Source: an uncultured candidatus Porisulfidus sp. (lineage in GTDB: Bacteria; Pseudomonadota; Gammaproteobacteria; Poriferisulfidales; Poriferisulfidaceae). From it: 64,000 nucleotides of DNA. A program made the translations under genes and the position numbers. Positions 43,046 through 54,085 of this stretch are shown in pieces. The notes beneath the pieces are model-generated. The model did no database searches and was not told where the DNA came from. It was given only the letters and a program-made list of their open reading frames with translations. The stretch covers positions 486,527 through 550,526 of the forward strand of contig OY288106.1 in assembly GCA_958431155.1 (NCBI GenBank), read 5' to 3'. Position 1 is the first letter of the stretch. Every line of letters starts with the position of its first letter.

Positions 43046-44071
43046 TCAGGCGCGGCTGTCCGGTTCCTTTGCGGGGCCCAGCAGGATGGCCGCGCTCCGG
43101 GTATTGGGGCTGGATTCCAGCCCCAGTTTGATGATGACGGTCAACGGGATCGACAGCAGCATGCCGACCGGCCCGAGCAGCCAACCCCAGAACACCAAGG
43201 AAAGAAACACCACCAGCACCGACAGGCCCAGGCGCCGGCCCATCAGGTGCGCCTCGAGAATCTGGCCGACGACCGTATTGATGACGACATAGCCGAGAAT
43301 GACCGGAACCATCATGGCGGGTCCGAGTTGCAGCCAGGCCAGCAGGACAGCCGGGATGGCGGCTAGGATGGAGCCGACATTGGGGATGTAGTTCAACAGG
43401 AAGGCGACGAGGCCCCACAGGATGGCATGGTCGAGGCCGAGCAGTGCCAGCCAACCGGCCACCAGCACGCCGGTCAGGAGGCTGGTCAGCGTTTTCGTGG
43501 CGAGGTAGCGGTTGACACTGTCTGTGAACTGGCTCAGATCAAAACCGGAATCCGAATTCTTGAAAGCTCGCTGGATCTTTTGCGGCAGTTCGAGAGCTTC
43601 CAGAAGAATGAATACGACCGCAAGCAGAATCAGCAAGGCATTGGTCAGCAGTGCGCCGAACCCGCTGAGCAGGTCCGCCACCAGGTTGAGGAAGAATGAC
43701 GGGTCCAGATAGGACGAAAGCCCGGCATCAACTTCGATCCAGCCATGTTGCGCAAGCCACTGCCCGACGTGCCCCACATGTTCGCGAAGCTGTTCGTAAT
43801 AGGTTGGCATGGTCTGGCGGAAGCCGGTGACGGAAGCCCCAATCAGGGCGGCGAATCCGATTCCGGCGGCAATCAGGCTGGCGATCACGGTCGCCAGTGC
43901 GAGCAGGTTGGGGAATCCGCGCCCCCGCAGCCATTTCATGGGCGGTTCGCATGCAATGGCGATGAAGACGGCGAGTAGGAAGGGAACGACAATCTCACGC
44001 GCCTGCTGCAGGGCTGCAGCCACGATGACGAGGCAGGTGACGGCCAGCAGGGTTTTGAGTGGTGCAGACAC
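43046..44071 (-). CDS. AI-2E family transporter
   Basis: PFLLAVFIA, LNYIPNVGS, FWGWLLGPVGMLLSIPLT. Confidence 0.92.
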   Translation of the reverse strand: MSAPLKTLLAVTCLVIVAAALQQAREIVVPFLLAVFIAIACEPPMKWLRGRGFPNLLALATVIASLIAAGIGFAALIGASVTGFRQTMPTYYEQLREHVGHVGQWLAQHGWIEVDAGLSSYLDPSFFLNLVADLLSGFGALLTNALLILLAVVFILLEALELPQKIQRAFKNSDSGFDLSQFTDSVNRYLATKTLTSLLTGVLVAGWLALLGLDHAILWGLVAFLLNYIPNVGSILAAIPAVLLAWLQLGPAMMVPVILGYVVINTVVGQILEAHLMGRRLGLSVLVVFLSLVFWGWLLGPVGMLLSIPLTVIIKLGLESSPNTRSAAILLGPAKEPDSRA

Positions 44072-44082
44072 GGGGCGTCGCC

Positions 44083-45303
44083 CTACGGAGTGCTGAGAAG
44101 TTCGGGCTTGGGCTTGCCAAGCGTCGCTTTCAGGATGAAGAATCCGATCAACGCCGACAGTAGGGAACCGAGCACGATGCCGATCTTGTCTTCCACGATC
44201 AATGCAGGCATATTGCCGTGCGCCAACGCGGAAACGAACAGGCTCATGGTGAACCCGATTCCACACAGGAAGGACATGCCGATAAATGCCGGCCATCGCA
44301 CGCCGCTCGGGAGGGAGCCTAGCCCCAGCGCTAATCCCAGCGCGGCGAACAGGCAAATCCCGATAGGTTTGCCGACCAGCAATCCCAGCAGGACGCCGAG
44401 CGTGAGCGAGTCGCCCAGGTTGGAGAAGGTCGTGTCCAGCAGGTAGACCCCGGCGTTGCAGAAGGCGAAGATGGGCAGGATTCCGAAGGCCACCCAGCCG
44501 TGGAAGTGGTTTTCCAGTCGGGTCAGTGGCGAGTACTGGTAGTCATGCGGAACATGGGTCGGAATCGTGAATGCCAGCAGGATGCCGGCCATGGTGGCGT
44601 GGACTCCGGACTTTAGGACGAAGTACCACAGGATTGCCCCCACCACGAGATAAGGGACGGAACTGTTGACCCGGAAGCGGTTGAATCCGATCAGGATCGC
44701 CAGGCACAGGGCGGTGTAGCGCAAGGCTTCCATCGACAGGTCTTCCGAGTAGTACAGGGCAATGATGAGTACGGCACCTAGATCGTCCAGAATGGCCAGA
44801 GCCAACAGGAACACCTTGAGTCCAGACGGGACCCGCGTACCGAGCAACATCAGCACGCCGAGCGAAAATGCAATATCGGTTGCCGTGGGGATGGCCCACC
44901 CCCGCATGGCGATCGGATCTTGGTAATTGAGGCTGGTGAACAGCAAGGCGGGCACCAGCATGCCGCCGACGGCGGCAAGGGCCGGTAGAACAACGCGGTC
45001 AGGTGAGGACAGGTGCCCCTCCATGAATTCGCGTTTGAGTTCCAGCCCGATGACGAAGAAGAAAATCGCCATCAGGAGGTCGTTGACCCAGAGCAGCACG
45101 GTCTTGTGCAGAGCGACAGGACCGAGCACCAGGGAAACCGGTGCATTTATGAAGCGTTCATACCACTCGTGTCCCGCGGTATTGGTCAGGATCATGGCGG
45201 CGGCGGCGGCGGCCACCAGCACGACGCTGCTGAAGGCTTCGGTCTTCCGGAAGTGATGCAGCGTTTCCCGGACGTACTCGAAGGCCGAGATCAGAATCTG
45301 CAT
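44083..45303 (-). CDS. nhaA: Na+/H+ antiporter NhaA
   Basis: WVNDLLMAIFF, GWAIPTATDIAF, LAILDD, GIGFTMSLF. Confidence 0.96.
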   Translation of the reverse strand: MQILISAFEYVRETLHHFRKTEAFSSVVLVAAAAAAMILTNTAGHEWYERFINAPVSLVLGPVALHKTVLLWVNDLLMAIFFFVIGLELKREFMEGHLSSPDRVVLPALAAVGGMLVPALLFTSLNYQDPIAMRGWAIPTATDIAFSLGVLMLLGTRVPSGLKVFLLALAILDDLGAVLIIALYYSEDLSMEALRYTALCLAILIGFNRFRVNSSVPYLVVGAILWYFVLKSGVHATMAGILLAFTIPTHVPHDYQYSPLTRLENHFHGWVAFGILPIFAFCNAGVYLLDTTFSNLGDSLTLGVLLGLLVGKPIGICLFAALGLALGLGSLPSGVRWPAFIGMSFLCGIGFTMSLFVSALAHGNMPALIVEDKIGIVLGSLLSALIGFFILKATLGKPKPELLSTP

Positions 45304-45428
45304 GGAAGTCTTCGGAGGGAAAATTTCGTGAATATGTCCCGTTATTGTAACTGTCCGCGTGCAGAGGAAAAGGATGCCCGGTGGTAACATGCGGGCCAAA
45401 GACTTTTCCGGATGCTCCGTCTTTTCAC

Positions 45429-47864
45429 ATGCAGGAACGCTACGACCCTGAAGCTGTAGAGCGGGAAGCTCAGGAGTACTGGCGGGCAAACGAGTGCTTT
45501 GCCGCGAAGGAGCGCCCGGGCGCCCGCAAGTTCTACTGCTTGTCCATGTTTCCCTATCCCAGCGGCCGGTTGCACATGGGGCACGTGCGCAACTACACGA
45601 TCGGCGACACCATCGCGCGCTACCGGCGGATGCGGGGCGACAACGTGCTGCAGCCCATGGGGTGGGATGCCTTCGGTCTGCCGGCCGAAAATGCCGCACT
45701 GGAACGCAAAGTGCTCCCCGGCGCCTGGACCCGGGGCAACATCCAAGCCATGCGCGAACAGTTGCAGCGTCTCGGGTTCGGCTACGATTGGCGGCGCGAA
45801 CTGGCGACCTGCGATCCAGAATACTATCGGTGGGAGCAGTGGTTCTTCATCCAACTGTTCAAAAAAGGCCTGGCCTATCGAAAGAAGGCTCTGGTCAACT
45901 GGGACCCGGTCGATCAGACCGTGCTGGCGAACGAACAGGTGATCGAAGGGCGCGGCTGGCGTTCCGGTGCCCTGGTCGAGCAGCGGGAGGTGGAGCAGTG
46001 GTTCCTGCGCATCACCGACTACGCCGAGGAACTGTTGGGATCCCTGGATCGTCTGGAAGGGCGGTGGCCCACCCAGGTGCTGCAAATGCAGCGAAACTGG
46101 ATCGGCCGCTCGGAAGGGGTGGAAATCCGGTTTGCCCTGGAAGGCCGGGAAGAGCCGCTGACGGTGTTCACCACGCGCCCGGACACCCTGATGGGAACAA
46201 CCTACATGGCACTGGCCCCGGGGCATCCGATCGTTCAGGAAATCTCTCGAACGAATAAAGAATTACATGATTTTCTTAATCATTCTGCGCAAGTCTCGGA
46301 AGAGTTGGCCAGGGACCGGGAGGGTCACCCGCTGGGACTGAACGCGCTGCACCCGTTGACCGGCGAGGAGTTGCCGGTGTGGGTGGCCAATTTCGTGCTG
46401 ATGGAGTACGGTTCCGGGGCGGTGATGTCGGTGCCGGCTCACGACCAGCGCGATTGGGAGTTCGCGCATCACCACGGCCTGCCGATCCGGCAGGTGATCG
46501 CCCCTGCCGACGGTTCGCAGGCCGACCTCGATGCCGGGTCGTATACGGAATGGGGCGTGCTGGTCAATTCCGGGGAGTTCGACGGATTGAGCTCCGAGGA
46601 GGGCTACGCCGCGATCACGCGTCGCCTGTCCGAGCAGGGGCGAGGGGAATCCGTGGTGCGCTACCGGCTGCACGACTGGGGGGTGTCCCGGCAGCGCCGC
46701 TGGGGCTGCCCGGTGCCGATGATCCACTGCGGGGAATGCGGCGTCGTGCCGGTGCCGGAGAAAAATCTGCCGGTCGCTCTCGATGAGGCACTGCCGCCGG
46801 AGGCGGATATCCCCGAGGAATGGAAGACCGTGCCGTGTCCGGAATGCGGAAGGCCGGCACAGCGGGATACGGACACGTTCGACACGTTTGTCGAATCCAG
46901 CTGGTACCAGGCGAGATTCTGCTCGCACGACGCCGATGACGCCATGCTGGATGATCGCGCGCGCTACTGGCTACCGGTCGACCAGTACATCGGAGGTATC
47001 GAGCATGCCATCCTGCATCTTCTGTATGCCCGCTATTTTCACAAGCTGATGCGCGACGAGGGGCTGGTCGATGGGGACGAGCCGTTCGCGCACCTTTTGA
47101 CTCAAGGCATGGTGCTCAAGGATGGCCACAAGATGTCGAAGTCGTGGGGCAACGTGGTCGACCCGGAACCGCTGATCGAACGCTATGGCGCGGACACGGT
47201 GCGCCTGTTCGTGCTGTTCGCGTCGCCGCCCGAACATACGCTGGAGTGGTCCGACAGCGGAGTCGAAGGGTGCTCCAGATTCCTCAAGCGGTTCTGGCGG
47301 TTCGTCCACCAGCACAGGGAGTGCGCGTCCGCGGCGGGCATCGAAGCCGATGGACTTGATGCACGGCAGGAGGAACTGCGCCGCAAGCTGCACGAGACGA
47401 TCCGAAAAGTCGGACACGTGGTCGAACAGCGGCATACCTTCAACACGGCGATCGCCGCCAACATGGAATTGCTCAACGACCTGATGCATCTTTCCGAAGC
47501 CGGCGGGGCGGAGCCTGCGCTGGTGCGCGAATGCCTGGAAGCGATGCTGCGCATGCTGGCGCCGATTGTCCCGCACCTGTCTCACGTGCTGTGGCGCGAG
47601 CTCGGGTTTGACGGGGCGGTTCTGGATCAGCCTTGGCCCGAAGCGGACGAAACCGCCTTGCAGCGCTCGGTCGAGCAGATCGTGGTCCAGGTGAACGGCA
47701 AGGTCCGCGCACATCTGGAACTTGCGGTAGATATCAGCGAGGATGAATTGCGGCGTAAAGTATTGGATAATGCTAAAGTGCAGCGCTTCACCGAAGGGAA
47801 AACCGTGGTCCGCATCATTCAGGTCCCCCATAAACTCGTCAACGTGGTGGTGCGCGATGCGTAA
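45429..47864 (+). CDS. leuS: Leucine--tRNA ligase
   Basis: HMGH, TTRPDT editing motif, KMSKS. Confidence 0.98.
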   Translation: MQERYDPEAVEREAQEYWRANECFAAKERPGARKFYCLSMFPYPSGRLHMGHVRNYTIGDTIARYRRMRGDNVLQPMGWDAFGLPAENAALERKVLPGAWTRGNIQAMREQLQRLGFGYDWRRELATCDPEYYRWEQWFFIQLFKKGLAYRKKALVNWDPVDQTVLANEQVIEGRGWRSGALVEQREVEQWFLRITDYAEELLGSLDRLEGRWPTQVLQMQRNWIGRSEGVEIRFALEGREEPLTVFTTRPDTLMGTTYMALAPGHPIVQEISRTNKELHDFLNHSAQVSEELARDREGHPLGLNALHPLTGEELPVWVANFVLMEYGSGAVMSVPAHDQRDWEFAHHHGLPIRQVIAPADGSQADLDAGSYTEWGVLVNSGEFDGLSSEEGYAAITRRLSEQGRGESVVRYRLHDWGVSRQRRWGCPVPMIHCGECGVVPVPEKNLPVALDEALPPEADIPEEWKTVPCPECGRPAQRDTDTFDTFVESSWYQARFCSHDADDAMLDDRARYWLPVDQYIGGIEHAILHLLYARYFHKLMRDEGLVDGDEPFAHLLTQGMVLKDGHKMSKSWGNVVDPEPLIERYGADTVRLFVLFASPPEHTLEWSDSGVEGCSRFLKRFWRFVHQHRECASAAGIEADGLDARQEELRRKLHETIRKVGHVVEQRHTFNTAIAANMELLNDLMHLSEAGGAEPALVRECLEAMLRMLAPIVPHLSHVLWRELGFDGAVLDQPWPEADETALQRSVEQIVVQVNGKVRAHLELAVDISEDELRRKVLDNAKVQRFTEGKTVVRIIQVPHKLVNVVVRDA

Positions 47865-48351
47865 AGCTTCTGTCCTGCTGGGCGCGGCCTTCGGTCTCGC
47901 CCTCGGCGGATGCGGGTTTCAGCTGGCGGACTCCAAGGGGGTCGCGACCCAGATCCCGCAATCCTCGCTGCATTTGGTCGGCGGTTCGCCGGAATTCCGC
48001 CAGGCGCTTCGGCGCCGGTTGCGCGGGGGTGGGGTCAAGGTGGTCTCGGGCGATGCGGCGGCCGACCTGGTCGTCCACCTGGAAGGTCCGCAGGAGCGCC
48101 ACCAGGTCATCGGCGTGAGCACGGACATGGACGCTCGGGAATACGAGGTCGGGCTGCATCTGGGCGTGCGCCTGCAGCGACCGGGGGAGAAGCCGTCGGC
48201 ATCGACCGTCCTGTCGCGCTATCAGCACTGGCTGTTCGACCCGGACGAATACCTTGCGGCCGAGGAGGAACGGGGGTATTTGAAGAAGGAACTGCGGGGA
48301 GAATTGATCGAGGCATTGCTGCTGCGCATTCGGGCCTATGCCGAACAGTAA
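47857..48351 (+). CDS. lptE: LPS assembly lipoprotein LptE
   Basis: Lipobox LGGCGFQL directly after leuS. Confidence 0.85.
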   Translation: MRKASVLLGAAFGLALGGCGFQLADSKGVATQIPQSSLHLVGGSPEFRQALRRRLRGGGVKVVSGDAAADLVVHLEGPQERHQVIGVSTDMDAREYEVGLHLGVRLQRPGEKPSASTVLSRYQHWLFDPDEYLAAEEERGYLKKELRGELIEALLLRIRAYAEQ

Positions 48352-48374
48352 TGTAGTCTGCTTCTGAGGCGAGC

Positions 48375-48719
48375 GTGACCGAGCCGACCCTATTCGAGAA
48401 AATCATCAACCGCGAGATCCCCGCGGATTTGGTGTACGAGGACGAGGTCTGCGTGGCGTTTCGGGACGTCAATCCGCAGGCGCCCACGCATGTACTGATC
48501 GTGCCGCGCAAGCCGCTGGACCGGGTGGCGAATGCGGAAGAGGGGGACCAGGCGATGCTGGGCCATTTGCTGCTGGTGGCAAGGAAGGTGGCCGAGCAGT
48601 TGGATTGCAGGGAAGCTTTCCGGCTGGTGATCAACAACGGTGCCGAAGTCGGGCAGTCGGTGTTCCACCTGCATGTGCACCTGCTGGCCGGGCGCCCATT
48701 CGGCTGGCCGCCGGGCTGA
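48375..48719 (+). CDS. HIT family nucleotide-binding protein
   Basis: FEKIINREIPA, QSVFHLHVHLL. Confidence 0.95.
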   Translation: MTEPTLFEKIINREIPADLVYEDEVCVAFRDVNPQAPTHVLIVPRKPLDRVANAEEGDQAMLGHLLLVARKVAEQLDCREAFRLVINNGAEVGQSVFHLHVHLLAGRPFGWPPG

Positions 48720-48722
48720 GCC

Positions 48723-49169
48723 GTGGAGCAGGCTGCGCACTGGTATTCCATCGACTGGCGGTGCCGCCATACCTGGGGCAAGTCTGCCTACAACACGCTT
48801 TGGTGCCTGATCGGCTGCGCCATTGGCGATTTCGGCACGATCTACTACTTCCAGCACTACCAGATCGAAGTTTCGCCCTGGCTGGTGCTCGCCCTGGCCA
48901 TGTTCAACGGTATCCTGACCAGCATTGTCCTGGAGACGATCCTGCTGATGCGCAGCATGCCGGCCAACGAGGCCCTTCGCACGGCTGCGGGAATGAGCTT
49001 GATCAGCATGCTGTCGATGGAGATCGCGATGAACCTGACGGACTGGATGCTGGTGGGCAGCCTGCAGTTGCGCTGGTGGTCGTTATTGCCAGCCTTGGCG
49101 GCGGGGTTCGTGACGCCCTGGCCCTACAACTACTGGCGGCTCAAGGCGCTCGGGCAGGCCTGCCACTAG
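48723..49169 (+). CDS. DUF4396-like membrane protein
   Basis: TLWCLIGCAIGD, MSLISMLSMEIAMN, PWPYNYWRL. Confidence 0.8.
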   Translation: MEQAAHWYSIDWRCRHTWGKSAYNTLWCLIGCAIGDFGTIYYFQHYQIEVSPWLVLALAMFNGILTSIVLETILLMRSMPANEALRTAAGMSLISMLSMEIAMNLTDWMLVGSLQLRWWSLLPALAAGFVTPWPYNYWRLKALGQACH

Positions 49170-49268
49170 GGCATCCACGTCGGGTTTATTCGTCTTTACG
49201 AGAAACCCGCTGAATGGCCCATCGGCTATAATTCGGTTTTGCCTGATTTAGGGCATCTGATGTCCCGT

Positions 49269-49345
49269 GCGCCCGTAGCTCAGTTGGATAGAGTGTGTGG
49301 CTACGAACCACAAGGTCGGGGGTTCGAATCCCTCCGGGCGCGCCA
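49269..49345 (+). tRNA. tRNA-Arg(ACG)
   Basis: Anticodon loop CTACGAA, GGTTCGAATCC, CCA; TATAAT at 49227-49232. Confidence 0.96.
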
Positions 49346-49376
49346 TTTGTCCGCCTGAACCGGGGGCGAGAAGCCG

Positions 49377-49676
49377 ATGGCACAACCGATCAACCTAAGC
49401 CGAGAATTGCTGCAGAAACTCATGCACGTGCTGCAGGAGCACGATGCCCAGTGCCAGGACACCATGGTTTCCGCCCAGTACCTGGCGGCCGTGGTCGGTC
49501 TGTTGGTCGGCAACGTCAACCGTCCGCCCTCTGAAAAAGAAGAATTACTTGGCGAAATCAATGCGTTCAGCGGACATGTTATGAATGATGTGATCAATCA
49601 GGCACAGCAGCGGCCAGAGCCGCCGGCCGCGGACCCCGCGAAGGCGTTCGGAATCTGGAAGCCGCCGAGCGCGTAG
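49377..49676 (+). CDS. Hypothetical protein
   Basis: 99 aa helical ORF filling the tRNA-serS gap; QYLAAVVG and C-terminal AFGIWKP. Confidence 0.75.
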   Translation: MAQPINLSRELLQKLMHVLQEHDAQCQDTMVSAQYLAAVVGLLVGNVNRPPSEKEELLGEINAFSGHVMNDVINQAQQRPEPPAADPAKAFGIWKPPSA

Positions 49677-49688
49677 ACGAGCGCGCGC

Positions 49689-50969
49689 ATGCTGGATCCT
49701 AAAGTCTTACGCGCCGACCCGCGCGCGGTCGCGGAAAACCTTGCCCGGCGGGGATTTGTCTTCGACGCGGCGGCCTACGCCGAACTGGAGGCGGAACGCA
49801 AGGCCGTGCAAAGCGCGGCGGAATCCCTCCAGGCCCAGCGCAACACCTTGTCGCGACGCATCGGCGAAGCCCGACAACAGGGCGAGAATGCCGCCGAACT
49901 GATGGCACAGGTGTCCGAGTTGGGTGACCAGTTGAAGAGCCGCCAGGCGGCACTGGCGTCGATCCGGCAGAAGCTTGATGCGTGGCTGGTCGGGGTGCCG
50001 AACCTGCTGGATTCGGAAGTTCCGGACGGCAAGGACCCGAAAGACAACCTGGAGTTGCGCCGCTGGGGCGAGCCTGCGGACCTCGATTTCGAGCCTCTCG
50101 ATCATGTGCAGCTCGGCGAGCGCTGGGGGCTGATCGACACGCAGCAGGCCGCGGCCATGTCCGGGGCGCGCTTTTCGGTGCTGCAGGGCGAACTGGCGCT
50201 CCTGCACCGGGCGCTGACCCAGTTCATGCTGGACGTCCACACGCGCCGGCACGGCTATCAGGAATGCTACGTTCCGTACCTGGTGAACGCGGCCAGCCTG
50301 GAGGGGACCGGGCAGTTACCCAAGTTCCGCGAGGACCTGTTCGCGCTGGACGGCGAGGAGCATTTCCTGATTCCTACCGCCGAGGTGCCGCTGACGAACC
50401 TGCTGCGCGACACGATTTTGGAAGCCCCCGACCTGCCTTGGAAAAAGTTAGCGCATACGCCGTGCTTCCGGGCCGAGGCGGGATCGTACGGCATGGACAC
50501 CCGGGGCCTGATCCGGCAGCATCAGTTCGAGAAGGTGGAGCTGGTTCTGGCCGTGCGCCCGGAGGAGTCGGAAGCGGCACTGGAGGAATTGACCCTCCAC
50601 GCGGAGGCCATCCTGAAAGAGTTGGGCTTGCCGTACCGCGTCGTCTCCCTGTGCGGGGGTGACATGGGCTTTGCGGCTGCACGGACCTATGACCTGGAGG
50701 TCTGGTTGCCCAGCCAGAAAACCTATCGGGAGATTTCTTCCTGCAGCAATTTCCGGGACTTTCAGGCGCGGAGGGTCAAGGCGCGTTTTCGGCCCGGCCC
50801 CGGGGAAGCGCCGCAGTTGCTGCATACCCTGAACGGCTCCGGCCTGGCCGTCGGCCGGACGCTGGTGGCGGTTCTGGAAAACCGCCAGTGCGAGGACGGA
50901 TCCGTGCGGATTCCGGAGTGCCTGGAACCCTGGATGGACGGCGTGACCCGGTTGGGTGCGGCGGAATGA
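49689..50969 (+). CDS. serS: Serine--tRNA ligase
   Basis: [33 protein letters not shown]. Confidence 0.98.
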   Translation: MLDPKVLRADPRAVAENLARRGFVFDAAAYAELEAERKAVQSAAESLQAQRNTLSRRIGEARQQGENAAELMAQVSELGDQLKSRQAALASIRQKLDAWLVGVPNLLDSEVPDGKDPKDNLELRRWGEPADLDFEPLDHVQLGERWGLIDTQQAAAMSGARFSVLQGELALLHRALTQFMLDVHTRRHGYQECYVPYLVNAASLEGTGQLPKFREDLFALDGEEHFLIPTAEVPLTNLLRDTILEAPDLPWKKLAHTPCFRAEAGSYGMDTRGLIRQHQFEKVELVLAVRPEESEAALEELTLHAEAILKELGLPYRVVSLCGGDMGFAAARTYDLEVWLPSQKTYREISSCSNFRDFQARRVKARFRPGPGEAPQLLHTLNGSGLAVGRTLVAVLENRQCEDGSVRIPECLEPWMDGVTRLGAAE

Positions 50970-51469
50970 GTTCGGATGATCCGCGTGCCTGTTTTCCCGC
51001 TGCAGGCCGTGTTGAGTGGATCGGAGTTCGCTCCCGGCGCGGACAACCCGTCGAAGTTCTCGAAGAGGTGCAGGCAATCCCGGACCGCGGACTGGCTGAA
51101 GACCATGCGACCAAGCGCGCAGGTGGGCGGCGCCAGGTGACCCTGATGCAGTCCGAACATCTTCCCGTGATCGGGTCGCTGGCGAAACGCGCGCCGGAGC
51201 CGGGCCTGCTGCGTCGCAACCTCGTGGTGTCCGGAATCAATCTCCGGGCCTTGATCGGGCGGCGGTTCCGAGTTGGCGCGGCGCTGTTCGAGGGCACCGG
51301 CGATTGTCCGCCATGCCGTGCCATGGAGGCGGCGCTGGGCTTCGGCGGGTGCAACGCGATGACCGGGATGGGTGGCGTGACGGCACGTATCCTGGAAGGC
51401 GGTCCGATCCGGATTGGCGATCCGGTCGAGCCTTATAATCAGCGCGCCGATGAACCGCGCCTGATCTGA
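50966..51469 (+). CDS. MOSC domain protein
   Basis: [35 protein letters not shown]. Confidence 0.9.
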   Translation: MSSDDPRACFPAAGRVEWIGVRSRRGQPVEVLEEVQAIPDRGLAEDHATKRAGGRRQVTLMQSEHLPVIGSLAKRAPEPGLLRRNLVVSGINLRALIGRRFRVGAALFEGTGDCPPCRAMEAALGFGGCNAMTGMGGVTARILEGGPIRIGDPVEPYNQRADEPRLI

Positions 51470-51471
51470 CG

Positions 51472-51801
51472 ATGCCGCTCTACCAGTACCGTTGCGAAGC
51501 CTGCGGGCATGACCTCGAGGTCCTGCAGAAAGTCAATGACCCCCCTCTGGCCCAGTGTCCGCAGTGCGGCGAGGACCGTCTGCGCAAGCAGCTGACGGCG
51601 GCCGGGTTCCGACTCAAGGGCAGCGGCTGGTACGAGACCGACTTCAAGGGAAAGACGCCGCGCAAGGAAGCGGACAAGGAGCCGGCCGCAGACAAGAAAA
51701 AGGCGGAGTCAAAAACCGATAAGAGCCCATCTTCCAAGGGCAAGCCCGAAGCGAAGACATCCGGCGGGAACGCGTCGCAGGCCGGGGCCTCCGGCGGTTG
51801 A
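51472..51801 (+). CDS. FmdB-family zinc-ribbon protein
   Basis: MPLYQYRCEACG...CPQCG...FRLKGSGWYETDF. Confidence 0.92.
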   Translation: MPLYQYRCEACGHDLEVLQKVNDPPLAQCPQCGEDRLRKQLTAAGFRLKGSGWYETDFKGKTPRKEADKEPAADKKKAESKTDKSPSSKGKPEAKTSGGNASQAGASGG

Positions 51802-51816
51802 AGGCGGGGCACTGAG

Positions 51817-53595
51817 ATGACTGAGAGGCGTTGCTACTGCGGGGAGGTTCGGGCGGACCAGATCGGACAGGAGGTGAGGCTGTTCGGGTGGGTCAACCGA
51901 CGCCGCGACCATGGCGGGATCATTTTCGTGGATCTGCGCGACCACAGCGGACTGGTCCAGGTCGTGGTGAATCCCGAACAGGCCGAGTTGTTTGCGCTGG
52001 CCGAACAAGTGCGCACCGAATTCGTGCTGGCGGTCACGGGACAGGTTCGAGCCCGTCCCGAGGGGACGGTCAATTTGGCGCTGCCAACCGGCGAAGTCGA
52101 GGTGGTTTGCGCGGAACTGGATATCCTGAACCCGGCCGACACCCCGCCGTACCAGCTGGACGACGAACAGGTACATGAGGACCACCGCCTGCGCTACCGC
52201 TACCTGGAACTGCGTCGGCCGGTGATGCAGGCGCGCCTGCGCACCCGCGCCCGTTTGGCGGCCGCAGTGCGGCATTACCTGGATGCGCAAGGATTCTTGG
52301 AAGTCGAGACGCCGATGCTGACCCGCGCGACCCCGGAAGGCGCCCGCGAGTACCTGGTGCCGAGCCGGACCCACACCGGGGCATGCTTCGCGCTTCCGCA
52401 GTCTCCGCAGTTGTTCAAGCAGATGCTGATGATGGGCGGCGTGGACCGCTACTACCAGATCGTGCGCTGTTTCCGCGACGAGGACCCGCGCCAGGATCGC
52501 CAGCCGGAGTTTACCCAGATCGATGTCGAGGCCTCATTTCTCGAGGAGGCGCAGATCCTGGATCTGATGGAGGGGCTGGCGCGCACCATGTTCGAGGTGG
52601 CGGAGATTTCCCTGCCGGAGCCGTTCCCGTGCCTGGCCTACGCCGAGGCCATGCGCCGGTTCGGGACCGACCGCCCGGACCTTCGAATCTCCGGCATGGA
52701 GTTCGTGGATGTGGCGGATCTCCTCACCGGGGTGGAGTTCAAGGTCTTTCGGGAGCCGGCCAATCGCAAGGGCGCGCGGGTGGCGGCGATGCGTATTCCG
52801 GGGGCGGCAGGCATGAGCCTCGGACAGATCAATGCTTACACCGAAGCCATCAAGCCGTATGGCGCGAAGGGCCTCGCTTACATCAAGTGCAACCAGGTCG
52901 GGCAGGGCCGCGATGGTCTGCAGGCGGGGTTCCTGAAGTTCCTGCATGACGAGGCGGTATCCGGCATCCTGGAACGCACGGGTGCACAGGATGGGGACCT
53001 GATCGTGTTCGGTGCGGACCGCGCGGATATCGTCAACGCCGCGCTATCTTTTCTGCGCGGGCGTCTGGCAGAAGACCTGGGCTTGAGCGAAGGCGGCTGG
53101 CAGCCGCTCTGGGTGGTCGACTTTCCGCTTCTCGAGCGGGACCCCGAGACGCGACGCTGGCTGGCCATGCACCATCCGTTCACGGCACCGGCGATCGAGG
53201 ACGTGGCGCAACTGGAAACCGACCCGGGCGCAGTGCGTGCGCGGGCCTACGACATGGTGATCAACGGCGTGGAAGTCGGCGGCGGTTCGATCCGTATCCA
53301 CCGTACGGAAATCCAGCAGTCGGTCTTTGCGTTGCTTGGTATCGACGCCGAGGAGGCGCGCGCCAAGTTCGGATTCCTGCTGGATGCCTTGCGCTACGGT
53401 TGTCCGCCGCACGGCGGCATCGCGTTCGGCTTCGACCGCCTGGTCATGCTTCTGACCGGGGCCGAGGCGATCCGCGACGTGATCGCGTTCCCCAAGACCC
53501 AGACGGCCAACTGCCTGCTAACCGGGGCACCCGAGATGGTGGAGATGGATCAGCTGCGCGAGCTTGGCCTCAGTCGGATCCGGGAGCGCTCATGA
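51817..53595 (+). CDS. aspS: Aspartate--tRNA ligase (probably non-discriminating)
   Basis: [31 protein letters not shown]. Confidence 0.98.
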   Translation: MTERRCYCGEVRADQIGQEVRLFGWVNRRRDHGGIIFVDLRDHSGLVQVVVNPEQAELFALAEQVRTEFVLAVTGQVRARPEGTVNLALPTGEVEVVCAELDILNPADTPPYQLDDEQVHEDHRLRYRYLELRRPVMQARLRTRARLAAAVRHYLDAQGFLEVETPMLTRATPEGAREYLVPSRTHTGACFALPQSPQLFKQMLMMGGVDRYYQIVRCFRDEDPRQDRQPEFTQIDVEASFLEEAQILDLMEGLARTMFEVAEISLPEPFPCLAYAEAMRRFGTDRPDLRISGMEFVDVADLLTGVEFKVFREPANRKGARVAAMRIPGAAGMSLGQINAYTEAIKPYGAKGLAYIKCNQVGQGRDGLQAGFLKFLHDEAVSGILERTGAQDGDLIVFGADRADIVNAALSFLRGRLAEDLGLSEGGWQPLWVVDFPLLERDPETRRWLAMHHPFTAPAIEDVAQLETDPGAVRARAYDMVINGVEVGGGSIRIHRTEIQQSVFALLGIDAEEARAKFGFLLDALRYGCPPHGGIAFGFDRLVMLLTGAEAIRDVIAFPKTQTANCLLTGAPEMVEMDQLRELGLSRIRERS

Positions 53596-54056
53596 CGGCG
53601 GAGGCGCCTGCCTACAAGCGGCCGGAATCAGTGCTGGTGGTGGTCTACAGCGCCGATGCCCAGGTGCTGATGCTCAGGCGGCACGAGCCGCCGACATTCT
53701 GGCAGTCGGTGACCGGCAGCCTGGAGTGGGGCGAGGAACCGGGACAGGCCGCCCGGCGGGAGCTGATCGAGGAGACGGGGCTGGAAGCAGCGGCTCTGGA
53801 GGACTGCCACGACAGTCACCTGTTCGAGATTTACAAGATCTGGCGCCACCGTTACGCCGAGGGGGTGACGGAGAATCGTGAGCACGTGTTTCGCCTGGCG
53901 GTGTCCGATGCCTGCCCGGTGACCCTGGATGCCCTGGAGCACGCGGAATACGAGTGGCTGCCCCGGGTGGAAGCAGCGCAGCGCGCGTCCTCCTACACGA
54001 ACCGGCAGGCGATTCTGGACTGGGTTCCGATCGAGCCGGCTCCGGGTTTAAGATAG
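53592..54056 (+). CDS. nudB: Dihydroneopterin triphosphate diphosphatase
   Basis: [19 protein letters not shown], Nudix box [10 protein letters not shown]. Confidence 0.93.
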   Translation: MTAEAPAYKRPESVLVVVYSADAQVLMLRRHEPPTFWQSVTGSLEWGEEPGQAARRELIEETGLEAAALEDCHDSHLFEIYKIWRHRYAEGVTENREHVFRLAVSDACPVTLDALEHAEYEWLPRVEAAQRASSYTNRQAILDWVPIEPAPGLR

Positions 54057-54085
54057 GTGGAGATTGCTGCGGGGCACATTAGATT

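Noticed and set aside
49269-49400. tRNA-Arg or tRNA-Thr as an island attachment site
   Set aside because: No integrase and no duplicated tRNA 3' end seen in the window
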